Source of the DNA: the human T2T-CHM13v2.0 reference genome, Homo sapiens
Reading direction: 5' to 3' (one strand)
Assembly: GCF_009914755.1 (NCBI RefSeq)
Contig: NC_060931.1
DNA length: 64,000 nt
The notes under the pieces were generated by a model that was given only the letters and a program-made list of their open reading frames with translations, was not told the DNA's origin and did not search any database. Position 1 is the first letter of the stretch. Each line of letters begins with the position of its first letter. Shown in pieces: positions 50,469-62,969 of this stretch. Both the position numbers and the translations under genes were made by a program.

Positions 50469-53400
50469 TCATCAGTATTATGATTCTTGTTCTCAAGATA
50501 TATGCCAAAAGCACCTTCCAGAATCTATCTGCAAGGAGAAAAATGTCGTCTTTCAGAGGAACATCAAACTACGACAGAGACATTTCACAAATTTTCTACA
50601 AGCAAACAGAAAGTTTTCTCCAGGAAACTAATAACTATAACAGTACAATTATTATTAAAGAAATAAAACTTGGAAAGGGTAATAAAACCAGAGAGATAGA
50701 AAAAAAGAAATGAGTTAAAATATTTTTACATTTCCTATTTTGAGTTTTTTTATTCCTTTGGTGGTTAAAAAACGCCCTTTAATATAAAACTCCATTTTGA
50801 GTTATTTTATTCTTTTAGAGGTTAAAAAAAGTCCTTCAATACAAAAGAATCATCAATGCACACTTCTTGTTTGAATTTATAATTTTTGGTTGATATTTTT
50901 AACTGTGATGAAACTACAATCCAACAAAGCAAAATTAGATAAAAGAGGAGAACTGGGGTAAGTTTCCCTTGTTCCTCAAGTAAGACAGGATATACTTTGC
51001 AATAATCTAAAAAATCTAGATGTGACCTGGACAAAGAGAGAGAGACAAAGTATAAAATGCTTTCTTAGGGATAACTCATACTCTTGGTGACAAGAAATGT
51101 TAATGGTGTCCTGAAACCTTTTGGTCAGTGATTGCTCCATTATGTGGGAAAAACATAGGAAAATAAACATAGGAAAAACAAAGGAAAATAAAAGACTCAT
51201 AGTACTTCAATAAAAGTTGTCACCAAATCCCAAGAAAATGATTGCATTGGAAGGAATATTCTTTTTGTTTTAATTGATAGTATTTTAGGAAGTAGCTAAC
51301 ACTTGTTCTTATTTCCTAGCTTAAAAAGTGAATATATGCACACACATATATAACTAGAAAGTGATATATTAACATTTTCTATTAACAAGTTTTTTATCTC
51401 ATAAAAGATATTCTTTGGCTTTCGAAGAGAGAAGCCAAAATAAATATCACATAGGCATTTCAGATATCCCTTCCTTTAAATGTTTATAGTGATACATAAA
51501 ATAGAAATTGCAAATATTTGATATTTTAATATTATTTTTGCTTTACAATAGCATTTTTAGTGCTCCATTTTAATTTATTTTATCTCTCCAGGTTAATAAT
51601 CTATCATAATGTCCAAATTACACAGTATTGTATTGGTCAGCTTTAAGTGCCCAGATCAATGACACTGAACCTGGCAAATGCAATGCACATGCACAACGCC
51701 TAGCTTCTAACATCATGGCTGTTGAAACTGTCTCCTCTCCAAAGCATTTTCCCAGCCCCATCTCTGCCATTTGGGTCTCATCTGATAAGGTTTAACCATG
51801 AGTTGTTATACTCCATGCATGGCCTCTGCATTTGTGTGTATTGTGATTCTTACGTCAAATGGTAAAGAATAACATTAGATTATTCGCTTTTATTTTGACA
51901 GAGTTCAAATAGCAAAATAAATTAGATATACTGTCACAGCTTAAGAAATTTAAAATGAAATATGTTGTAGTCAGGTGGAAGTTTCTGCCGGGGAAATATT
52001 AACACCTAATTTCCCAGAATACTTATTTCATGCATTGCAAATATCTATCTCCTGTCATGACACTGAGATGAAAAGGATCGGTTAAAAGTTTGCTAACTGA
52101 ACTATTTCCCACAGTGTAAATAACTAAGTGTTGGTATAGACTAGTATGGAAACATACTAATTACACTGGGTGTAAGCTATGTGAGTTGCCTTATCTTTTC
52201 ACATAACATTTATATGTATTGCATTTCCCATATCGTTTCCTTTTGTTTTGCTGATAACAACTAATGAGGAAAAGAAAGGAAGCATTAAAAAAAAAGAAAA
52301 AAAAAGTCTTCCAACAAAACTGCTAGAGAGAGAAAGCCAACTATTATAAAATATAAGCACAATTCTATTGAAATATCAGCTCCAGATTCAAGTAATTTTG
52401 GGCATGTGTATTATGTGCCAGGAGATTTCACTTACATATGTTATGGAACGCAGTGATTTAAAAAACAAAACAAAAAACAGGTAATACACTTCAGAAATTT
52501 CAAGGTTAGAAAATTGGAAAAGTTAACCCCTTGAAAAATTTCAATTTGAAACAAGAGAAATCAAGAGCTGGTTATTAGCAGTGACCACACTGGTATATGT
52601 GAAAATCTGTGGCAAGTAATGGTGTGCTCAGAAGTAATTCTCTTCTCCTGTGTATAGATCTTGCTAATCACGTAGAAAACTCTACTTCATTGTCTGATTT
52701 CAACTGAAAGCAGGCAGAGATTGAAAAACCCAGAGATTTCACAGGTTTTATAATCCTTGTGATGCTCTTCCTGTTTCAGACACAGGTCTGAAACAAAGAC
52801 AGCACATACCCACACGCACAGACGCATGCACACATGCAAACATTGTGGCTGTTGGTGACTCTAACCCTTCCAGGACAGAGCTGCATGATCAGCCAGTTCC
52901 CAAAACAAAGGGCGAGAGATGCATCTCTCACACAATATGCAAACCTACAATTGTTCACCTTCTGCTGACAATCTGATACAAAGCTACAAATCAAGCATTA
53001 GAAAAACACAAGTGTGACAGGGAAAAAACAGTGGTGGAAGTGGTGCCTAGTAACCTTAATTTTAAAGAAAAAAAAACAGGTGAATGTAGGTGACACAGTT
53101 AGATTTTAGACATCTATATAATCAATTCACAGAGTATAGATGGAAAAGTGAAAATGACATTTCTAGCACAATGAGATAAATGCAATCCCACAGTTACCAC
53201 TGAGAGTCAGTAGAATGGCACTCTTTTCTAGAATAGAGCCATGGAAGAACATTCTTGTCTTTAGAATACATATAATACAGCATAAGCGTTAGAAGAATTG
53301 CATTGTATATGAAGAGAAAACAACTAAATGGGTTATGTAGGCTCAGGGCAACACACACTGTAGATAATTTTGACCAGATATTGACGAAAAGAGAAGTTAT

Positions 53401-54521
53401 ATGAGATAGGTAACATCCCATATCATGAGTATGTTCAGAGTTGTTGAGCTAATGTTATTTAATTCTGAATATTAAGTGTTTAGTTGAAAGTAGAACTTTG
53501 CAATTAAAATGGACAAATTTGAATTCACGATTAATTTGTTAATAGTTTATCCCTACAGGAATATTAAACTTAACCTTGGACATAATTAATAATCTGTAAT
53601 GACTTTTTATTAACCATAATTGTGGCAAAATTATTTGGAAACTTGAACTAAACATTTTTTAAAAAATCTTCCATGCCTGAATCCAACAGTATGCAGGACT
53701 GATTCAGGAGTCAGGCAGGGATGATCGGGAAAATGAATCAGAATAAGTCAATATCTAGGTCAATATGACTCTTCTCCCTCTAAATTCCATTAAGAAATCT
53801 CTTTAATTCAATGGGGAAATTGCTGAATAAACGTCAAAATTATAAAGCTGAGTAGCATATTTGGACTTCTGTTAAAGCTAATGACTCATATTCTTCAGAA
53901 ATCTAAAATAAACTTTCCTTACATTGAGAGAGATGACAATAATATGTGAGAGAGCTGATCACAAATACATGTACTTTTGTTGCTAAAACTTGAGTCTTTG
54001 TACTCGTTAACTCAAACTGCCTTGACTTCTCATGTTTATGCAAAACAGGTTTTTTGGGAGTAGAAAGAGAGGTACTATAACATCAGAGGAAATCATCAAA
54101 GAACTAGTGGCAACATCTTAAGGCTTTTATCAAAGTAGTGAGGGAATGCATTAAAGCAACAATATCTGAAGCTTACATGTGATGGGACTACTAAATTTAA
54201 TAGTGTATCTTATGAACATATGTGGATATAATGATTTTCCTGGAAGAATACTCCACTCTTAAGGACTTTTTTTTCTGAGTAAGAGAACATTATTCTCTCA
54301 AGACAATTTGAAAAAAAATTCCACCAATATTTCATTAATAATAGATGCCTCACACTCTACAAACAGAAGACCAAAGTTTTTTAAACCTATATGAACTACA
54401 AGCAAAGGTCATACAAATGGGAATAAGCTTATGGATGGAAAAAAGTTCTTAAAGGTATCAGTCATCCAATTGTTGCTAGAAAATACTGAACTAAATCATG
54501 GGTAAAGTACATAAGCATTTA

Positions 54522-54766
54522 AGTAAAAATAAGAGGTTCTCATCTTGCAAAGCTAAGTGAGCTATGATCAAATTTGAAATATTTATTTACATTTATCAAA
54601 ATATGTTAACTATAAGCCATTTCTTACTCTCAAATAAAACATATTAAAAGCAGTATAGCTGTACCTGCAAATAACAGGAAGAAAAGGAAAAGAAACATAT
54701 GAAAATACATCTGAGTATTGAACAGAGTGTGACCACCTGATGCACTCCTACCAAGAAATGTCATGG
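54522..54766 (+). repeat. Copy A of a local duplication of non-repeat sequence
   Basis: Aligns to 63229-63788 minus the Alu; about 20 substitutions and two 4-bp indels over ~245 bp by manual count. Confidence 0.92.
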
Positions 54767-56012
54767 AAGGTTAATAATGGATTAACATACACTGAGAAAT
54801 CCAAAGTCAGCTTCTTATGCATATTCAATCTACTTCAGGTCATAAAATGATCCAAATGCTATTGAGCTCTTCAATTAGTGAGGTAGATTGTGTAGGTGAG
54901 AATAGTACCACTACAAAGGAAGACTCTTCTGGGTGCCAATTTGGGGCACTCCTGTGAATGTGAACTACAAAGCCTCTAGGATTCAATTTATGGGGCTTCT
55001 CAGCTGCCATGTAATTCTTAGTTATTTTCTCAAAAATAAGAAAGTAATCTACAGTCTCTGAAATTATAGCATCTACATGTATGGCAGAATTAGAATCTAA
55101 GTCTTTCACTGTGAAAGATGTTAAGTTTTACTCAGAAGTTGTAAACTTGGGCCTCTGAATATTAAATATAAAAGTGACTTGCCCTAAGAAAGGCAGGAGT
55201 GGGATCCATTAAACGAATTTTAAAATTCTCCTATGCATATCCTTCGTCATGGCCAGAGCAAGTCTTATAGCTACCAGGCAAGCTAATAATGTGTTACCCC
55301 TTTTCTAATTGATATTTTAAGGTATTTGTACAAAATGTATTTGATGGGAGTGGGCACGTGCTCTTACTACTAACAATAAACCTTTTTATATTCAAAATAA
55401 GAAAGTATTACATGCTTTGAACATAACACTTAATTGTTTGAAATATTATTTCTTTTCACAGTGTTATAGACACAAGAACAGCTGTGACTAACCTACACTT
55501 ATTTTGTGATACATACTTCAGAACAGAAGTTTATTTTCTTTTGACTACTATATAAGCAAAATGTTCTTCAATTTCTTTAGTTTTTATTTTCTTTTCAGTT
55601 TTTTGACAACTACTTGGGAAGTACATTTAAGGGTTTAATGGTTAGGTAATAAAGTGAATCACTGGTTCCTAATCAACAGCCAGATGCTGGGTATCATTTT
55701 TCTTCAGCATCTTGACTGCCTACACCTGCTGACTGCAGGCATCTGCCAGCTGCCTTTCTCAGGCTGGGAGGCATAATCTGTAGTTCCACTTGTAACCTGC
55801 CTCTTTAAGATGCAAAATACTCCACTGGGACAGGCTAGCATTGTGATGAGGTTTTTTCCCCCAAATTTATTTCCACTCAGAAGCACTGTCTACTTTAGAA
55901 GAGGGACGAAATTAGATTTCACCAGTTACGTAAGGAATGATGTGGGGAAACCTGAGGAAACTGTACCCCTTTATCCAATGCATCCCAGTGGGTCCTAAAA
56001 ACTGGCAGCCTA

Positions 56013-57583
56013 TAAACTGGCACCAGTAGAGTGGGGCATTGCTGAAAAGATACCCGAAAATGTGGAAGCGACTTTGGAACTGGTTAACAGGCAGAGGTTG
56101 GAACAGTTTAGAGGGCTCAGAAGAAGACAGGAAAATATGGGAAAGTTTGGAACTCCCTAGAGACTTGTTGAATGGTGTTGACCAAATGCCTGATAACAAT
56201 ATGGACAATAAGGTCCAGGCTGAGGTGGTCTCAGATGGAGATAAGGAACTTTTTGGGAAATGGAGCAAAGGTGACTCTTGTTATATTTTAGCAATGAGAC
56301 TGGCGGCATTTTGCCCCTGCCCTAGAGATTTGTGGAACTTTGAACTTGAGAGATATTATTTAAAGTATCTGGCAAAAGACATTTCTAAGAAGCAAAGCTT
56401 CCTCATGCTGTGTGCAGCCTAGGGACTTGGTGCCCTGTGTCCCAGCTGCTCCAGGCTATGGCTTCAGAGGGTGGAAGCCCCAAGCCTTGGCAGCTTCCAC
56501 TTGGTGTTGAGCCTGCGTGTACATAGAAGTCAGAAATTGAGGTTTGGGAACCTCTGCCTAGATTTCAGAAGATGTATGGAATTGCCTCGATGCCCAGGCA
56601 AAAGTTTGCTGCAGGGGCAGGGCCCTCAAGGAGAACCTCTGCTAGGGCAGTAAGAAAGGGAAATGCGGGGTTTGAGCCCCCACACAGAGTCCCTCCTGGG
56701 GCACTGCCTAGTGGAGCTGTGCGAAAACGGTCACCATCCTCAAGACCCCAGAATGGTAGATCCATTGGCAGCTTAAGCTGCAGACACTCAATGCCAGCCG
56801 GTGAAAGCAGCCAAGAGGGAGGCTGGACCCTGCAAAGCCACAGGGGCGGAGCTTCCCAAGACCATGGGAACCCACTCTTCAATCAGCATGACCTGGATGT
56901 GAGACCTGGAGTCAAAGGAGATTATTTTGGAACTTTTTAATTTGACTGCTCCATTGGATTTTTGACTTGGATGGGCCCTGTAACCCCTTTGTTTTGGCCA
57001 ATTTCTCCCATTTGGAATGGCTATATTTACCTAATACCTGTACCTCCATTGTATCTAGGAAGAACTAGCTTGCTTTTGATTTTACAGGCTTATAGGCAGA
57101 AGGGACTTGCCTTGTCTCAGATGAGACTTTGGACTGTGGGCTTTTGGGTTAATGTTGAAATAAGGTAAGAGTTTGGGGGACTGCTGGGAAGGCATAATTG
57201 GTTTTGAAATGTGAGGACATGATATTTGGAGGGGCCAGGGGCAGAATGATATGGTTTGGCTGTGTCCCCACCCAAATCTAAACTTGAATTGTATCTCCCC
57301 GAATTCCCACATGTTGTGGAAGGGACCCAGGAGGAGGTAACTGAAAAATGGGTGACGGTTTTCCTGTGCTATTCTCGTGATAGTGAATAGGTCTCATGAG
57401 ATCTGATGGGTTTATCAGAGGTTTCCATTTTGTTTCTTCTTCATTTTATCTCTTGCTGCGTTTCCCCTCTTGCCATGATTCGAAGGCCTTCCTAGCCATG
57501 TGGAACCGTAAGTCCAATTAAACCTCTTTTTCTTCCCAGTCTCAGATGTGTCTTTATCAACAGTGTGAAAATGAAATAATATA
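56013..57583 (+). mobile_element. THE1A: internal region (56013-57246, with deletions) plus 3' LTR (57247-57583); 5' LTR absent
   Basis: THE1A-type LTR (AACTTGAATTGTATCTCCC, GATGGGTTTATCAG); internal starts TAAACTGGCACCAGTAGAGTGGGGC; flanks GCCTA / ACCTA. Confidence 0.92.
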
Positions 57584-58205
57584 ACCTACAATGCTACAAA
57601 ATTGGTCCAAGCCTTAATCCAACATGAATATCATAAAGAAAAGAAATAGTTAGGCATATAGTGATTTACGTGATGCTTTATACTTGTTTTATACCGTAAG
57701 TTCTAAGAAGGCAGGAACTGGGTCAGCTTACTCCCCACTGTACTTCACCACAAAACTAACTGCACAACATATAATTAATGTCCACCCTTTTGTTTCAGAA
57801 AGATGTATATACAAAAATGGGCAAAATCATGCCACAATTTATAATTTTTGTTATGATAAATGATTCCCATATTCTCTCACCAGAGAGGTGAGCTGTAACA
57901 CAATCCCTTGAATTTATTATTTAAAACCCTCTCAGGGAGAATACCATTTTATTACAATAAAAACAAAAATGATAAATACTTAGAAAGCATTTACTTGTGT
58001 CAGTGACTCCAGTAAACACTGTTCAAATATAAAATAAATGAATAACCTGGTTCCAAGATGGCCGAATAGGAACAGCTCCAGTCTGTAGCTCCCAGTGTGA
58101 GCGACGCAGAAGGCAGCTGATTTCTGCATTTCCAACTGAGGTACCAGGTTCATCTCACAGGGGCTTGTCAGACAGTGGGTGTAGCCCATGGAGCAGGGCG
58201 GAGCA

Positions 58206-58469
58206 TCACCTCACCCGGGAAGTGCAAGGGGTCAGGAAATTCCCTTTCCTAACAAAGGGAAGCCATGACAGAGGGTACCTGGAAAATCGGGACACACACA
58301 ACCTAATACTGCGCTTTTCCAATGGTCTTAGCAAACGGCACACCAGGAGATTATATCCTGCACCTGGCTCGGAGGGTCCCACACCCACAGAGACTCGCTC
58401 ACTGCTAGCACAGCAGTCTGAGATTGAACTGCCAGGTGGCAGTGAGGCTGGGGGAGGGGTGTCCACCAT
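58206..58469 (-). CDS. L1 ORF0 homologue, uninterrupted, 87 aa
   Basis: ATG in GCAATGG context; MVDTPPPASLPPGSSISDCCASSERVSVGVGPSEPG matches primate ORF0; expression not shown. Confidence 0.5.
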   Translation of the reverse strand: MVDTPPPASLPPGSSISDCCASSERVSVGVGPSEPGAGYNLLVCRLLRPLEKRSIRLCVSRFSRYPLSWLPFVRKGNFLTPCTSRVR

Positions 58470-59026
58470 TGCTGAGGCTTGAGTAGGTAAACAAAGTGGT
58501 CTGGAAACTAAAACTGGGTGGAGCCCACCGCAGCTCAAGGAGGCCTGCCTACCTCTGTAGACTCCACCTCTGAGGGCAGGGCATAGCTGAACAAAAGGCA
58601 GCAGAAACTTCTGTAGACTTAAACCTCCCTGTCTGACAGCTTTGAAGAGAGTAGTGGTTCTCCCAGCACAGAGTTTGAGATCTGAGAACTGACAGACTGC
58701 CTCCTCAAGTGGGTCCCTGACCCTCAAGTAGCTTAACTGGGAGGCACCGCCCAGTAGGGGGAAACTGACACCTCATACAGCCAGGTGCCCCTCTGAGACG
58801 AAGCTTCCAGAGGAAGGATCAGGCAGCAACATTTGTCGTTCTGCAGCCTCCACTGGTGATACCAGGCAAACAGGGTCTGCAGTGGACCTCCAGCAAACTC
58901 CAACAGACCTGCAGCTGAGGGTCCTGACTGTTAGAAGGAAAAATAACAAACAGAAAGGACATCCGCACCAAAACCCCATCAGTACATCACCATCATCAAA
59001 GACCAAAGGTAGATAAAACCACAAAG

Positions 59027-60042
59027 ATGGGGAGAAACCAGAGCAGAAAAGCTGAAAATTCTAAAAATCAGAGCGCCTCTTCTCCTCCAAAGGAACACAG
59101 CTCCTTGCCAGCAATGGAACAAAGCTGGATGGAGACGAACTGAGAGAAGAAGGCTTCAGACAACTGGTAATAATAAACTTCTCCGAGCTAAATGAGGATG
59201 TTCGAACCCACCACAAAGAAGCTAAAAACCTTGAAAAAAGATTAGACGAATGGCTAACTAGAATAACCAGTGTAGAGAAGTCCTTAAAAGACCTGAAGGA
59301 GCTGAAAACCATGGCACCAGAACTACGTGTTGCACACACAAGCTTCAGTAACTGATTTGATTAATTGGAAGAAAGGTTATCAGTGATTGAAGATCAAATG
59401 AATGAAATGAAGCAACAAGAGAAGCTTAGAGAAAAAAGAGTAAAAAGAAATGAACAAAGCCTTGAAGAAATATGGGATCACATGAAAAGACCAAATCTAC
59501 ATCTGATTGGTGTACCTGAAAGTGACAGGGAGAATGGAACCAAGTTGGAAAACACTCTTCAGGATATTATCCAGGAGAACTTCCCCAATCTAGCAAGGCA
59601 GGCCAACATTCAAATTCAGGAAATTCAAAGAATGCCACAAAGATACTCCTCAAGAAGAGCAACTCCAAGACACATAATTGTCAGATTCATCAAAGTTGAA
59701 ATAAAGGAAAAAATGTTAAGGGCAATCAGAGAGAAAGGTCAGGTTACCCACAAAGGGAAGCCCATCAGACTAACAGTGGATCTCTCAGCAGAAACTCTAC
59801 AAGCCAGAAGAGAGTGGGGGCCAATATTCAACATTCTTAAAGAAAAGAATTTTCAACCAAGAATTTCATATCCAGCCAAACTAAGCTTCAGAAGTGAAAG
59901 AGAAATAAAATCCTTTACAGACAAACAAATGCTGAGAGATTTTGTCACCACCAAGCCTGCCTTACAAGAGCTCCTGAAGGAAGCACTAAACATGGAAAGG
60001 AACAGCCAGTACCAGCCACTGCAAAAACATGCCAAATTGTAA
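59027..60042 (+). pseudogene. L1 ORF1p pseudogene (N-terminal frameshift and stop; C-terminal 225 codons open)
   Basis: ATG at 59027; deletion near 59135; ORF 59365-60042 ends QPLQKHAKL. Confidence 0.9.
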
Positions 60043-60104
60043 AGACCATCATGCTAGGAAGAAACTGCATCAACTAACGAGCAAAATAACCAGCTAACAT
60101 CATA

Positions 60105-62094
60105 ATGACAGGATCAAATTCACACATAACAATATTAACCTTAAATGTAAATGGGCTAAATGCTCCCATTAAAAGACACAGACTAGCAAATTGGATAAAG
60201 AGTCAAGAGCCATCAGTGTGCTGTATTCAGGAGACCCATCTCACATGCAGAGACACACATAGGCTCAAAATAAAGGGATGGAGGAAGATCTACCAAGCAA
60301 ATGGAAAACAAAAAAAACAGGGGTTGCAATCCTAGTCTCTGATAAAACAGACTTTAAACCAACAAAGATCAGAAGAGACAAAGGAGGTCATTACATAATG
60401 GTAAAGGGATCAATTCAACAAGAAGAGCTAACTATACTAAATATATATGCACCCAATACAAGAGCACCCAGATTCATAAAGCAAGTCCTTAGAGACCTAC
60501 AAAGAGACTTAGACTCCCACAAATAATAATGGGAGACTTCAACACCCCACTGTCAACATTAGACAGATCAACGGGACAGAAAGTTAACAAGGATATACAG
60601 GAATTGAGCTAAGCTCTGCACCGAGTGGACCTAATAGACATCTACAGAACTCTCCACCACAAATCAACAGAATATACATTCTTCTCAGTGCCACCTCACA
60701 CTTATTCCAAAATTGACCACATAGTTGGAAGTAAAGCACTCCTCGGCAAATGTGGAAGAACAGAAATTATAACAAACTGTCTCTCAGACCACAGTGCAAT
60801 CAAACTAGAACTCAGGATTAAGAAACTCACTCAAAACCACACAACTACATGGAAACTGAACAACCTGCTCCTGAATGACTACTGGGTACACAACGAAATG
60901 AAGGCAGAAATAAAGATGTTCTTTGAAACCAATGAGAATGAAGACACAACATACCAGAATCTCTGGGACACATTTAAAGCAGTGTGTAGAGGGAAATTTA
61001 TAGCACTAAATGCCCACAAGAGAAAGCAGGAAAGATCTAAAATTGACACCCTAACAACACAATTAAAAGAACTAGAGAAGCAACAGCAAACACATTCGAA
61101 AGCCAGCAGAAGGCAAGAAATAACTAAGATCAGAACAGAACTGAAGGAGATAGAGACACGAAAAAAAACCCTTCACACAATCAATGAATCCAGGAGCTGG
61201 TTTTTTGAAAAGCTCAACAAAATTGATAGACAGCTAGCAAGACTAATAAAGAAGAAAAGAGAGAGGAATCAAATAGATGCAATAAAAAATGATAAAGGGG
61301 ATATCACCACTGATCCCACAGAAATACAAACTACCATCAGAGAATACTATAAACACCTCTATGCAAATGAACTAGAGAATCTAGAAGAAATCTATCCATC
61401 TGAAAAAGGGCTAATATCCAGAATCTACAAAGAACTTAAACAAATTTACAAGAAAAAATCAAACAACCCCATCAAAAAGTGGGTGAAGGATATGAACAGA
61501 CACTTCTCAAAACAAGACATTTATGCAGCCAACAGACACATCAAAAAGTGCTCATCATCACTGGCCATCAGAGAAATGCAAATCAAAACCACAATGAGAT
61601 ACCATCTCACACCAGGTAGAATGGCAATCATTAAAAAGTCAAGAAACAACAGGTGCTGGAGAGGATGTAGAGAAATAGGAACACTTTTACACTGTTGGTG
61701 GGACTGTAAACTAGTTCAACCATTGTGGAAGACAGTGTGGCTATTCCTCAAGGATCTAGAACTAGAAATACCATTTGACCCAGCCATCCCATTACTGGGC
61801 ATATACCCAAAGGACTATAAATCATGCTGCTATAAAGACACATGCACATGTATTTTTATTGCAGCACTATTCACAATAGCAAAGACTTGGAACCAACCCA
61901 AATGACCACCAATGATAGACTGGATTAAGAAAATGTGGCACATACACACCATGGAATACTATGCAGCCATAAAAAAGGATGAGTTCATGTCCTTTGTAGG
62001 GACACGGATGAAGCTGGAAACCATCATTCTAAGCAAACTATTGCAAGGACAGAAAACCAAACACCGCATGTCCTCGCTCATAGGTGGGAATTGA
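60105..62094 (+). pseudogene. L1 ORF2p pseudogene lacking the RT domain
   Basis: Frameshifted EN domain, then ORF 60625-61905 fusing ENLEE to [11 protein letters not shown] and the Cys-rich C-terminus. Confidence 0.92.
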
Positions 62095-62326
62095 ACAATG
62101 AGAACACTTGGATGCAGGGTGGGGAACATCACACACTGGGGCCTGTCTTGGGGTTGGGGGAAGGGGGAGGGATAGCATTAGGAGATATACCTAATGTAAA
62201 TGACGAGTTAACGAGTGCAGCACACCAACATGGCACATGTATACATATGTAACAAACCTGCACGTTGTGCACATGTACCATAGAACTTAAAGTAAAATAA
62301 TAATTAAATAAATGAATGAATAACCT

Positions 62327-62468
62327 TTTGAGGAGGTACTATTTTAATCCCCATATTACAAATGAGAAAACTGAGGGATAAGAGTTCAAGTCATCAGTAT
62401 CATACTAGAGGCAAAATTCAAGCTCAGGAAGTCTGGCTGAAGTCGAACTCTTAGCACTACACTACACC
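62327..62468 (-). mobile_element. MIR (half split off by the L1)
   Basis: CCCCATATTACAAATGAGAAAACTGAGG core. Confidence 0.8.
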
Positions 62469-62725
62469 ATTTCTCTCTCATGATGAGGTGTTCTAGGTAC
62501 CTCTCAAACAAACCTCACATGAGCAATCCAACAAGAATTGTTCTGCCACAGAACTGGAACAAATGGTATATCATATTTTGTGTCAATATATATCTGATGG
62601 GATTTAAACATTTTATAATTTATATTTAGGTACATGTGTGTGCTTATGTATCTACACACATATATATGAATCTATATTAGCATAATCTAGATCTATTTCA
62701 TGGAGGAGGAGGAAAGAGTAGTATC

Positions 62726-62905
62726 AATAATAGTAAAAATAGCTACAAACATTTATTGAATATTTATATCAGACACTGTGGTCAGTACTTTTCATGCACT
62801 ATTGATTTAATTTTCCTCAGAATTTTTGATAGGTACTATGTTATCATCTACTTTTTTCAGATAATAAAACTAAGGATTAGGTAAGTAACTTTTAGTGAGC
62901 CACAG
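62726..62905 (-). mobile_element. MIR
   Basis: AACATTTATTGAATATTTA...CAGACACTGTG...CAGATAATAAAACTAAGG. Confidence 0.7.
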
Positions 62906-62969
62906 GTTCTCAGGGCCTTATGCAGAAGATATGCATTGTTAGAGGAAACTAGAACTCAAGTCCTTTGTT

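Larger units (their letters stand above)
58049..62314 (+). mobile_element. L1PA5-like LINE-1 with intact 5'UTR and 3' end but ~1.84-kb internal ORF2 deletion; inserted in a MIR
   Basis: TSD AATGAATAACCT at 58037-58048 and 62315-62326; junction GAAGAAAT/CTATCC at 61391; MIR halves at ~57965-58048 and 62327-62468. Confidence 0.95.

Noticed and set aside
52105-52211. H/ACA snoRNA, hammerhead ribozyme or pre-miRNA call for the hairpin cluster
   Set aside because: No ANANNA hinge, second hairpin too short, no CUGAUGA core, and the stem is branched; kept only as an unclassified structure
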